Below are positions 48,106 through 59,443 of a stretch of 64,000 bases of DNA, piece by piece. Numbering within the stretch: position 1 is the stretch's first letter; every line of letters starts with the position of its first letter. The notes under the pieces were generated by a model. That model was not told the origin of the DNA. It searched no databases and saw only the letters and a list, made by a program, of their open reading frames with translations. Both the position numbers and the translations under genes were made by a program. The stretch is from assembly GCF_044704955.1 (NCBI RefSeq), contig NC_091982.1, positions 229,462,001 to 229,526,000 on the forward strand, in the 5' to 3' direction. The DNA comes from Pristiophorus japonicus. Lineage: Eukaryota.

Positions 48106-51090
48106 ACTCTCTATTCCTCTTTGAATAGTGCCATATGTCCATTTATGTCCATAGGACATTTATGTCCACCTGAGCTGGCAGACAGGGCCACGATTTAACA
48201 TCTTGTGAAAGATGGCATCTCTGACAATGCAGCATTCCCTCAGTAATGCACTGAAGTTTCAGCCTACATTACGTACTCCATATTCGGACTTGAATCTACA
48301 ATCTTTTGAACAAGAGGTGACATTGGCTACATTACTGTCACTGTACTTCAAATTAATCATTTGCATGTGAATTGCTGTGGAGCATTTCTGAGAGACTTGG
48401 TAAGAAGTTATATGAATATTTTGGTCTATTTATACTTTTAAAAGTTCTACTTAATTAAGTCTGAAGTGCCCATTTAATGGCCTTTTTGTGTTTATCTGCT
48501 CAAGTTCAATTTAAATTCCCAAACTAAAACTCGTCATATTAATTCATTACATTTTGTTAAAACATTTAACATAGCAATTAATATAGATGATCTCAAAATA
48601 TTAATATTTACTTAATAATTTTAATACATGTGATTTAGGAGATACGGTAATGTATCAGCAACAATAACAGTAAATCGTGACATCTCACTTTCTTGTATTT
48701 TCAACTCTGATCTAGGCAAAGGGCTTTAAACATTATGAAGGCTGTCACTGCTTTCCTGGTAATAATAGGCTATCAATACAGGTTTTGCAGACCAGGGTCT
48801 GCACAGCATCAAGGTCAAGAAATGATCCAAACCAGGTCAGCAATCCACACTGTGAAATGGCCTGCCATAATACGCTGAAACTTGCTGTCACACAATCTTT
48901 TTGATGTGGGTCTTTTTGTGTCCAATGTTTCACCTGAATGGTTGCCATGCGATGACGATGATACACTTTTTGGTCTTACAAAATGACTAGGTTAAATTTT
49001 CAAATAATCAATACTTATTCAAATGTTCTTGTATTGTGGGGTTAAAACTGTTTTTTTGGGGGGGGCTTACCCATTTTATTTCCCCATGAGGGTCTTCACA
49101 TTGTTCATCAGTGTGAAGTAAAGCTGCTTCAGATGAAAGCTGATGAGAACAGTGAAAAATAACATTTGCTTCTGCTAACCTTTAACATGCAAAAAGTATG
49201 ATCCAGGTATTAGACAAGTAATTTTATAAGCTGCCATTATTATTCTCCTCCTTGCATTTGTACCTGATGCATATAATGTACAAAGGTAATATATTCAGAA
49301 AGGATACCCGTTAAATCTAGGCAAACTGAAATGAAAACCAGGTAAATTGTGTTGCCTTTAGCCTGCGAACTGACGTAATATCAAGATAAACAAGAGTCAA
49401 GCTCCCAGAGGAACACTTATGTCTCAAGCTATGAGCACTACTGTTTAATGTACACTCATGCTCCAGCTACCTCCCATTTCCTTTATTTGAATCTTCTGAC
49501 CTGTTTCACACGCGCACTTCTCAGCTCCATGCTGTGTTTTCTATTTATTGAATACATTTCTCCCTCTAACATTTTTCCACCTGAGCTGGCAGTTGTGACT
49601 TTTATGGTTACATTGCATGCAGGTCTATCACGATTATAAACTAGGTATTCTCTCTCTTTTTTCTTGACGCCTGCTTGCATGGTTCAGTTCCTGGCTAAGC
49701 CAGAACTCAATGCACAAATTGAGAGTGTCATTTCTGACAAGCACCCATTAACATTCTCGGCCACTGGCTTCTTATCAATTTGATTTAAAAGTCTTGTTTG
49801 CTGGAAAACATATTTTTTTTTGCTTTAGATCATTAAAAATAAAACATGTGGAAACAGACACCAAGCTGTGCTAAGGCATAAACATATTCTCATACACAGC
49901 CGCACAATGTTAGGTCATAACTCCTGGCTAATAAATATTGTGGGGCAGTTTTACTTTGTGAAGCTAGCCTCATTTCCAGCAACCCAGTTATCATCACCAA
50001 CTTCCTTTTTTTTCTCATTTTGTTTTTTTTCTCTCCAATCACTTTTCTGGTGCGCTGTCTGTGGTTGGCAGGACACAACTATCCACTAGCTAACTAATGT
50101 TTTATGCTGCAGAATGGTGCAACAAAAAATACGAGTAAATCCGTGCAGTGTTGCCTAAACCTATCAAGCTCAGATCAATGTCGTCTTACAAAGCATCAGA
50201 AACGCACTCCGCTGGAGACCATGCAGTCCTCGCATACACACAGGGCATGGGATTGAGGCAGAACTACGTCACTTTTGTGTAAATAATCAAGCGTTGACCT
50301 GCAAGGTTAAAACCTATAATTGCAGAGATACTTCAAAGCGGCGACTACCTTTCTGAACAGTTTGTGCAGTGACAGATAGCAACGTTGCCCATTAAGTATT
50401 TCATTAGATGTAATACGGCAAAAGTAATATTTTCAACAGCTGCCGTTATGCCCAACCCAGACAAATTAGAGCCTAAAATGAAGCAGTTGAAAAACATCAA
50501 AGCAGTCAAGTAATGCAGGAAATGATTGATACGACCGTGTCTATTTTTCTCGATAAATTATTCATTCCAATTCACATGTTTGCATTTTCCTTCAGCAAAG
50601 TCGCTGTATTATCATATGGTTGTAAAATAACAATTTTCTTTCCACGTCCTTATAAAATATATACAATTATATACCTTCTACAAAGTCATAGGGTTGCATG
50701 TTGGCATATTAAAAGGGCTCACCGCCTGAATCAGGCTAGTGCCCCAGCAGCCCTGCCGTAGGCCTTTGTGACGGTAGTGTTGGCCACACTGCCCTGCTTC
50801 TGCCCAGCAGGTGTGATCAAAATCCTCTCCCTTCTCCATCCCACCGCACCCCGGCACAATACCAATTATGCAGAAAAGGATAAGCATAAATATAGCAGAA
50901 TTTTTTTAAATGACAAAATATTTTGAATGGGTGAATATGGAAAGACTATTCACTCTGTTTGGGGAGTCAGTCACAAGGGGCCATCAATTTAAGATTGTCA
51001 CTGAGATGAGGTAAGAGGTTAAGAGACCTTTCTTAACGCAGACAGCTATTGGATCATGGAATGCTTTGCCTCATGGAGTAGTTGAGGCAG

Positions 51091-51788
51091 TCTCTTGCAG
51101 GTCGGGGCCGCCACGCTGCTCCAGGGCTGCCGCTCGCCACTCCTTTTATGGCCCCGACCTGCCGCTGATGGTCTCTCGCAGGGCGGGGCCACCATGCTGC
51201 TCCAAGGCCGCCGCACGTCGCTCCTGCGGCAGGTCAGGGCCATAAAAGGAGCGGCGTGCGGCGGTCCTGGAGCAGCACTGCAAGGTACAACGTGAGCCAG
51301 TCCGGGAGACGATGGCTGTAAGGGGCTCGACTTGATTGGACGTCACCAACATCCAGGTCGCTGATTAGAGTGTGGGCAGGTACAGCAGGAGCGGCGATGA
51401 CGGAGCAAAGAAGCGGCGGGAAATTGCAGAGCGACGTGATCGGGGCCCAGGCCCAGGAGAGGTGTGAGTTCGGGGACCAGAAGAGGAGAGGGCTCAGGGG
51501 CAGCACGGGCCAGCCCACACTGTGAAATGTGTGTACACTGGGCCCGTGCAGCAGAGCTGGTCTCCAGTTGTTTTGGTTAATCCTTTCCACTGGACCAAGA
51601 CCTAGCTCTGTCAAGCCCGTGTGGTGGCTGGTGTGCAACGGCCACCATGCATTAAAAAAATCCACGCACAGGCATCTTCCACCCCTCAGAATCTGGAATA
51701 TTAGGTCCTTCATTGAAACACCTGTGAACTCATCCCTTTTTGGCATGGAAGCAAGTCATCCTCGATACGAGGGACTGCCCAAGAAGAA
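51091..51788 (+). mobile_element. Bipartite RTE-derived short element with GC-rich fold-back head
   Basis: 51540-51685 matches the RTE 5' UTR (63610-63760); 51745-51788 is the RTE tail ggaagcaagtcatcctcgatacgagggactgcc(aag)n; no ORF between. Confidence 0.75.
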
Positions 51789-52429
51789 ACTGGTAACTAG
51801 ACAAGGAGGGAGTTAAGTCTGTCGGCACTTTTATTTTAATTGGGGTTTTGGTTATTTTACCAAAAATCCTATTTATAATATGCACTTCAGATATAATTTT
51901 CCTGCAATCAAGGGGTACTGAAGCACACAGACCAGGAAGATCTCAGGAGCATTCTCTGCTGTACTGGCTGCTCCAAGCTGAGGTGCGAGTAGGAGCACTA
52001 TAATTGATCTCAGTGCCGGGGTTATATCAAAAAACAATTAGCCAAAGTTCCTCTCCAATTACCTACACTGTAGCAAAATATCTAAGGGCTCAATTTTCCT
52101 CAATGCTGATTTTTGCCGTATTTCAAGAGTTACGCCCGTTTTTTTTGGCCCCAACTACTCCAAAAAAAACGTGAAAGTTTCCCCGTTCTAATTTTTTTAA
52201 TTGGCGCCACATAGCCTGTCCTTTAGCTTCGGGGGGGTGGAGCCTAACGTCTGCGCCGAAAAAACGATGCCCTCACTTCTGCGCATGCGCAAAAAAAAAC
52301 CCCGTTTTTTTACGTGACTGCTATGGGCGCGCATGCTCAGTACAACTCCAAGTCTGCATTCAGCCATTATTAAAAATCCAGTTGTGTGAGAACTTTAATT
52401 CTCAGTGGAAAAAATCGGAGCTGCAATAT

Positions 52430-54052
52430 ATGCAAACGCAACACAAGTACCAAGAATTTCTCCCAAGAGGAAGTGGAGACACTGGTTACTGCAACTGAGG
52501 CCAGATGGCACGAGCTGGACACCAGCAGAGGTCACATAAAAGTTTCACCAAAAGAAATGAAGAAACGCTGGAACCAACTTGCAGAGGATTACTGTGCAAT
52601 GGTGACCACCCCGAGGTCTGGAGGCCAGTGCAAAATGTGACCGGACTTTGGTCAAGTAGTTAGTGTAAGTAATATTTCTATTTATTCACTGGAATTGCAA
52701 TTGTAAATGTGACCATCTGTATGTCCCACCCAACAGAAAGACACACTCTCTAAAAAGTTACATTTTCATCTTTGCAGAGGAAGGTGGCACACAACAAAAG
52801 AGAGAGAACTCGAACAGGAGGAGGCCCAGCATATCTGCACCCACTGACACCCTTGGAAGACAGGGTTGCTGCTTTGATGTGTCCTGCCTGGGGAAAAGCA
52901 ACCACCATTACACAAGCTAGGCCCACACTCGAGGGAGAGGGTTAGTGCTGCAAATTGCACAGTCTGGCTTTGCTAAATGTTAAGTACTGCGCGGGCTAGC
53001 CATGCTTCAGTTCGTGGGGATGTCTCCATCAGCTACGCTTCAGCTGATGCAATGTGCTATTATTCATCGTGGCCCTTCAACTGAGCCTGTTGCCTGCGCT
53101 GTGTGAGCCTACTCATGTCACCCTCCCTGCCCCCTCCTCTGCTGCTAACCATTTGTCTGTTCTGTTATATTTTGCAGAACTTGAGGCCAACCCTGACGAG
53201 GCTGAAGCCGATGCAGAAGAAGATTCAGATGCGGACGAGCCTGAAGAGGAGAACATCTTCCAATCCCACCTTCCAGACCAAGAGCATGGGGGTGAGGTGG
53301 AAGGGGAGGGGCAGGGGCAGGGGGAGGATGAAGGCCCCAATGTTGTACTCACTCTGGAGGAGGTGCTGGTGCCGCCCATTGATGTGCCAGCCCCTTTCCT
53401 GAGTGATATGAGTGTTGGGACATTCCATGGTTTCACACATACCTAGGCTGCGGGTCCCAGTGGGATGCAGCAAGGAACATCAAGGGTGAGGAGGGGAAGG
53501 AGAGCTCGACAGCGCTCTCCTGAAGCGCAGCATGTGGTTCAGATGATGGCAATGAGTGTGAAGAGCATTGACCTTACACGATCACTCCTGGACACCATCA
53601 GTGCGGTGGGTGATGAGGTATCGGGACTGTCGGGAGAAGTAACAAAACTCTCACGAGAAATGGGAACACTGTCGGTGAACATGAGGGAGGGAATGTCGTA
53701 GGCAGCTGATACACTGTCCGGGCACATGAGGGAGGAAATGTCGCAAGTAATTAATATGCTGTTGGGGCACGAGGGGGGAATGTCAGCGATAGTTGCTGCA
53801 ATAAGGGAACACGGCCAGACCCCATGACCAGTGGCGGAATCAAATGCCACTCCCACTCCAATCCCCAGGCAAGCCTCTGAAGAGGCCCAAGCTGGGCCCT
53901 CCATGTTACCGCCTGTCCACGCCCCTCCCAACAAGAGGTGCACAGTGCCAAAGATGCTCGAAAGAATAAGCTTGGTAACAACCCAAGAAATACTATGCCA
54001 CCGCCTGCGGGCAGGGATGGAGTGAGCAAGATCAAGCGCAGCGGGAAGTCTT
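52430..54052 (+). pseudogene. Harbinger Myb/SANT-like DNA-binding protein gene, 3 exons (~52430-52664, 52778-52940, 53178-~54052), with stops
   Basis: NFSQEEVETLV...KKRWNQLA...RSGGQCK; exon 2 RKVAHNKRERTRTGGGP; acidic exon 3; GT-AG introns in compatible phase. Confidence 0.8.
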
Positions 54053-54399
54053 AGAATAAGATGGAAGAGAGATGGGTGCAGCCTTTCTTTGCTGCTGTTG
54101 TTGTCGTCGTTATTATTATTGTTGTTACTATTGTAACTGCTCTGAAATGAAAAGTTTTTTGCAAGTGATGTAAATTTAAAAGTTTGTCAGTGATCTTAAT
54201 TTTCATGTGATCTTAGTTTGTAAGTGATCGTATCTGAAAACTTTAAAGTTTGATACAAGAATATTTTTTATTAACGTTAAGTTAAGTACAAGCAAGTTTT
54301 AAACTTTTGAATGAAATATATTTTAAATTATAACTGAATCATTTCCATTATTTGTTCCATTATTAACACAACATTTTGAACTGAAGAAGTATCATTTAA

Positions 54400-57148
54400 C
54401 ATGGGGTATTCAACATTTAGGAAGGATAGACAGAAAGGAAAAGGAGCTGGGGTGGCATTGCTGGTTAAAGAGGAAATTAATGCAATATTAAGGAAAGACA
54501 TTAGCTTGGATGATGTGGAATCGGTATGGGTGGAGCTACGGAATACCAAAGGGCACAAAACGCAAGTGAGAGTTGTGTACAGACCACCAAACAGTAGTAG
54601 TGAGGTTGGGGACAGCATCAAACAAGAAATTAGGGATGCGTGCAATAAAGGTACAGCAATTATCATGGGCGACTTTAATCTACATATTGATTGGGCAAAC
54701 CAAACTGGTAGCAATGCAGTGGAGGAGGATTTCCTGGAGTGTATTCGGGATGGTTTTCTAGACCAATATGTCAAGGAGCCAACTAGAGGGATGGCCATCC
54801 TAGATGGGTGATGTGTAATGAGAAAGGACTAATTAGCAATCTTGTTGTGCGAGGCCCTTTGGGCAAGAGTGACCATAATATGGTAGAATTCTTTATTAAG
54901 ATGGAGAGTGACACAGTTAATTCAGAAACCATTGTCCTGAACTTAAGGAAAGGTAACTTCGATGGTATGAGACGTGAATTGGCTAGAATAGACTGGCGAG
55001 TTATACTTAAAGGGTTGATGGTGGATAGGCAATGGCAAACATTTAAAGATCACATGGATGAACTTCAAAAATTGTACATCCCTGTCTGGAGTAAAAATAA
55101 AACGGGGAAGGTGGCTCAACCGTGGCTAACAAGGGAAATTAAGGATAGTGTTAAATCCAAGGAAGAGGCATATAAATTGGCCAGAAAAAGCAACAAACCT
55201 GAAGACTGGGAGAAATTTAGAATTCAGCAGAGGAGGACAAAGGTTTTAATTAGGAGGAGGAAAATAGAGTATGAGAGGAAACCAGCTGGGAACATAAAAA
55301 CTGACTGCAAAAGCTTCTATAGATATGTGAAGAGAAAAAGATAGTGAAGACAAACGTAGGTCCCTTGCAGTCAGATTCAGGTGAATTTATAATGGGGAAC
55401 AAAGAAATGGCGGACCAGTTAAACAAATACTTTGGTTCTGTCTTCACGAAGGAAGACACAAATAACCTTCCGGAAATACTAAGGGACCGAGGGTCTAGTG
55501 AGAAGGAGGAACTGAAGGAAATCCTTCTTGGGCAGTAAATTGTGTTAGGGAAATTGATGGGATTGAAGGCCGATAAATCTCCGGGTCCTGATAGTCTGCA
55601 TCCCAGAGTACTTAAGGAAGTAGCCCTAGAAATAGTGGATGCATTGGTGATCATTTTCCAACAGTCTATCGATTCTGGATCGGTTCCTATGGACTGGAGG
55701 GTAGCTAATGTAACACCACTTTTTAAGAAGGGAGGGAGAGAGAAGACAGGTAATTATAGACCGGTTAGCCTGACATCAGTAGTAGGAAAAATGTTGGAAT
55801 CAATTATTAAAGATGAAATAGCAGCACATTTGGAAAGCAGTGACAGGATCGGTCCAAGTTTATGAAAGGGAAATCCTGCTTGACAAATCTTCTACAATGT
55901 TTTGAGGATGTAACTAGTAGAGTGGACAAGGAAGAACTGGTGGATGTGGTGTATTTGGACTTTCAAAAGGCTTTTGACAATGTCCCACACAAGAGATTGG
56001 TGAGCAAAATTAAAGCACATGGGATTGGGAATAATGTACTGACGTGGATCAAGAACTCGTTGGCAGACAGGAAGCAGAGAGTCGGGATAAACGGGTCCTT
56101 TTCAGAATGGCAGACAGTGACTAGTGGGATGGTGCAGGGCTCAGTGCTGGGACCCCAGCTATTTACAATATACATCAATGATTTGGACGAGGGAATTGTG
56201 TGTAATATCTCCAAGTTTGCAGATGGCACTAAGCTGGGTGGCGGTGTAAGCTGTGAGGAGGACACTAAAAGACTGCAGGGTGACTTGGACAGGTTAGATG
56301 AGTGGACAAACGAGTGGCAGATGCAGAAAAATGTGGATAAATGTGAGGTTATCCACTTTGGTGGCAAAAACAGGAAGACAGAATATTATCTGAATGGCGG
56401 CAGATTAGGAAAAGGGGAGGTGCAACGAGATCTGGGGGTCATGGTACATTAGTCATTGAAAGTTGGCATGCAGGTACAGCAGACGGTGAAGAAGGCAAAT
56501 GGTATGTTGGCCTTCATAGCTAGGGTATTTGAGTATAGGAGCAGGGAGGTCTTACTGCAATTGTACAGGGCCTTAGTGAGGCCTCACCTGGAATATTGCG
56601 TTCAGTTTTGGTCTCCTAATCTGAGGAAGGACATTCTTGCTATTGAGAGAGTGCAGCGAAGGTTCACCAGACTGATTCCCGGGATGACAGGACTGTCATA
56701 TGCGGAGAGACTGGATTGTCTGGGCCTGTATTCACTGGAGTTTAGAAGGATGAGAGGGGATCTCATAGAAACATGTAAAATTCTGACGGGACTGGACAGG
56801 TTAGATGCAGGAAGAATGTTCCCGATGTTGGGGAGGTCCAAACCAGGGGACATAGTCTGAGGATACGAGGTAAGCCATTTAGGACTGAGATGAGGTGAAA
56901 CTTCTTCACTCAGAGAGTTTTTAACCTGTGGAATTCCCTACCGCAGAGAGTTGTTGATGCCAGTTCATTGGATATATTCAAGAGGGAGTTAGATATGACC
57001 CTTATGGCTAAAGGGATCAAGGGGTATGGAGAGAAAGCAGGAAAAGGATACTGAGGTGAATGATCAGCCATGATCTTATTGAATGGTGGTGCAGGCTCGA
57101 AGGGCCGAATGGCCTACTCCTGCACCTATTTTCTATGTTTCTATGTTT
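54400..57148 (+). mobile_element. CR1 LINE, 5'-truncated ORF2 (APE plus RT) and 3' tail
   Basis: VYRPPN, MGDFN, SDH, KSPGPD, NYRPVSLTS, YLDFQKAFD, QGSVLGP, SKFADG, RPHLEYC; several stops; (tatgtttc)n tail. Confidence 0.95.
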
Positions 57149-57236
57149 ATTTCCATTATTTGTTCCATTAACACAACACAACAGAACACGTCCAAACAGT
57201 GAACATGGTCCATTTGGAATAGTTGCCGCTGAGCCT

Positions 57237-58437
57237 TCAGGCAGCAAAGCGTTCACGGATGAGCTGCTGGCACAAGGCTCGAGCAATCATTAAAGGGGCA
57301 AGATGGCCCGCCCTCCTCCGCCATCATGCTCCGGGTACAGGTAGTTGCACGGCTTCATCGTGCTCCTCCTCCTCGTCATCTGCATCTTCCTCCTCATCAT
57401 TAGCCACTCACCCCTCATGGGTCTTCTACTACCAGCTGCTTCTGCCTCATAATGGCTAAGTTGTGCAGCATGCAGCAGACCTACAGTGAACTGACCGACA
57501 ATCTCAGGGGAGTATTACAGTTAGCCTCCGAATTGGTCCAGGCATTGGAAACGTTGCTTCAAGATACCAATGGTCCTCTCTACTATACTGCACATCGCAA
57601 TGTGCAACATGTTGTATTCTCGGTCAGCTTCCGTCCTGGTTATGCGTAGGGGCATCATGAGACAGGTGGCGAGGCCGTACCCTTTGTCTCCCTGTAGCCA
57701 GTTCTGCCTTTCTGGCTGCTGCTGAAACATGGCCAATATAGCGTTCTTGCGTAGGATGAATGCATCATGGGTTCCCCCAGGGTATCTCGCATCAACTGAC
57801 ATGATGCAATGCATGATGTCACACGTGAGTTGCAGAGTCACGGAGTAGAAGCCTTTTCTGTTCCTGTACATCTCGGAATCCTCTAAAGGTGTTCGCAAGG
57901 CGATGTGGGTACAATCAATGCAGCCCTGTACCTTTGGGAAGCCAGCAATCCTGGAGAAGCCCTCAGCCCTGTCACGCATTGCCAGGGCAGTCATGGGGAA
58001 CTTTATGTAGTCATTCCTCCGGGCAAATAGTGCAGCAGTCACCTGCTGAATGGAGACATGTGTTGCATGTTGAGAAATGGCGCGCATATCCGCAGTTGTG
58101 GCCTGCAATTATCCAGATGCATAAAATGAAAGTGCAGCTGTACTTTGACTGACAAAGCAGTCCTCCTGACGCTTCTAGGTTGCAGGTCTGCTTTTATTAA
58201 CTCACAGATCTCGGTTACAACTTCTTTGCGGAAACGCAGCCTTCTGACACAGCCTGCATCTCTCAGGTGCATGTACGAACACCTGTCTCGATATACCCGA
58301 CATGGGTAAGGCCTCCTGCCCATCACCCTACGTGCTCTGAGATTCACCATTAGATGCTGTCTAATCAATCCTCTCCTCTGCAGCACAATCATGCAGAGGG
58401 CTTGCACGAGGTATGGCATTGTCAATATGTCCCCCAT
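57237..58437 (-). pseudogene. Harbinger DDE transposase (HARBI1-like), frameshifted
   Basis: RRLRFRKE; GFPKVQGCIDCTHI, NRKGFYS, YPGGTHD, GDKGYG, VERTIGILKQRFQCLD, LHN; ends RERFAA*. Confidence 0.9.
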
Positions 58438-59443
58438 AATTAAATTGTATCTTTGCAAGAAGCTCAAAACAGCAGGTCAAAGCATTTCCACCTTCTTTCC
58501 TCTCTCTCTCTCCCCAAGGTCAATGCCCTAGTATGGACCACACCATGGTGTACGCATGCGCAATAGACTTGCTTAGAACGGGAAGCTCGGCTTTCAATGT
58601 AATGAAGTCGAATGCAATTCTTTAATTTTTTTTCAAAAGTACCACACCACCGACCGAATGTCTCCTCACCGGTCTTGAGGGTCGGCCGGCAGAATCGCTC
58701 ACTTGCCCGGACACAGGGGCTCGGCATCCACCCACACCCACACCACACCCGCCCCCCCACCCCCCACACCCAGCCCACCCCCCCCCACCGCTTCTCCGGG
58801 CTTCTTATGAAGCTGCTGTATAGCCTAAGGGTTCTCATCCCTTCAGTTTGGCTTCCACCCCACCCCACCACCCCACCCCCCAGGCTTCTTTTGAAGCCAA
58901 GCCCTGAGCCCGTGTCCGGGCGAGGGAGCGATTCTAACAGCCAACGCTCTGACCCTCGAGCCCAGTGAGGAGACGTCAGTGGTGATGTGGTACTTTGAAA
59001 AAAAATCAAAAATTAAAGAATTTCATTAGCTTTTGAAAAAATTAAGCTTCATGATGCATATTCTTTGCCTTCTTGACTCCCTCCAAAACGTCGCATAAAA
59101 ACAATGGCATCTTTTTGCGATGAAAAAGTAATTTTGTACACCAGGTCTATTTGTCCCAAAACACGATATGTACTATTTAAGAACACAAGAAATAGGAGCA
59201 GGAATACGCCATTTGGCCCCTCATGGCTGATCTGATCATGGACTCAGCTCCACTTCCCTGCCCGCTCCCCATAACCGTTTACTCCCTTATCGCTCAAAAA
59301 TCTGTCGATCTCCGCATGAATATATTCAATGACCCAGCCTCCACAGTTCTCTGGGGCAGAAAAATCCACAGATTCACAACCCTGAGAGAAGAAATTCCTC
59401 CTCATCTCAGTTTTAAATGGGTGGCCTTTTATTCTAAGACTAT

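Larger units (their letters stand above)
52086..59080. mobile_element. PIF/Harbinger transposon (convergent Myb/SANT gene and transposase) interrupted by a CR1 LINE; right TIR not found
   Basis: TAA|gggctcaattttcc left end; both Harbinger genes present tail-to-tail. Confidence 0.8.

Noticed and set aside
50678-50887. Minus-strand ORF ending at a GTGAGC donor-like site
   Set aside because: No convincing acceptor or homology; covered only under the repeat-poor island finding.
58464-59009. 181-aa and 118-aa overlapping ORFs
   Set aside because: Low-complexity C-rich (ccacc) tract in the transposon subterminal region; no protein features.
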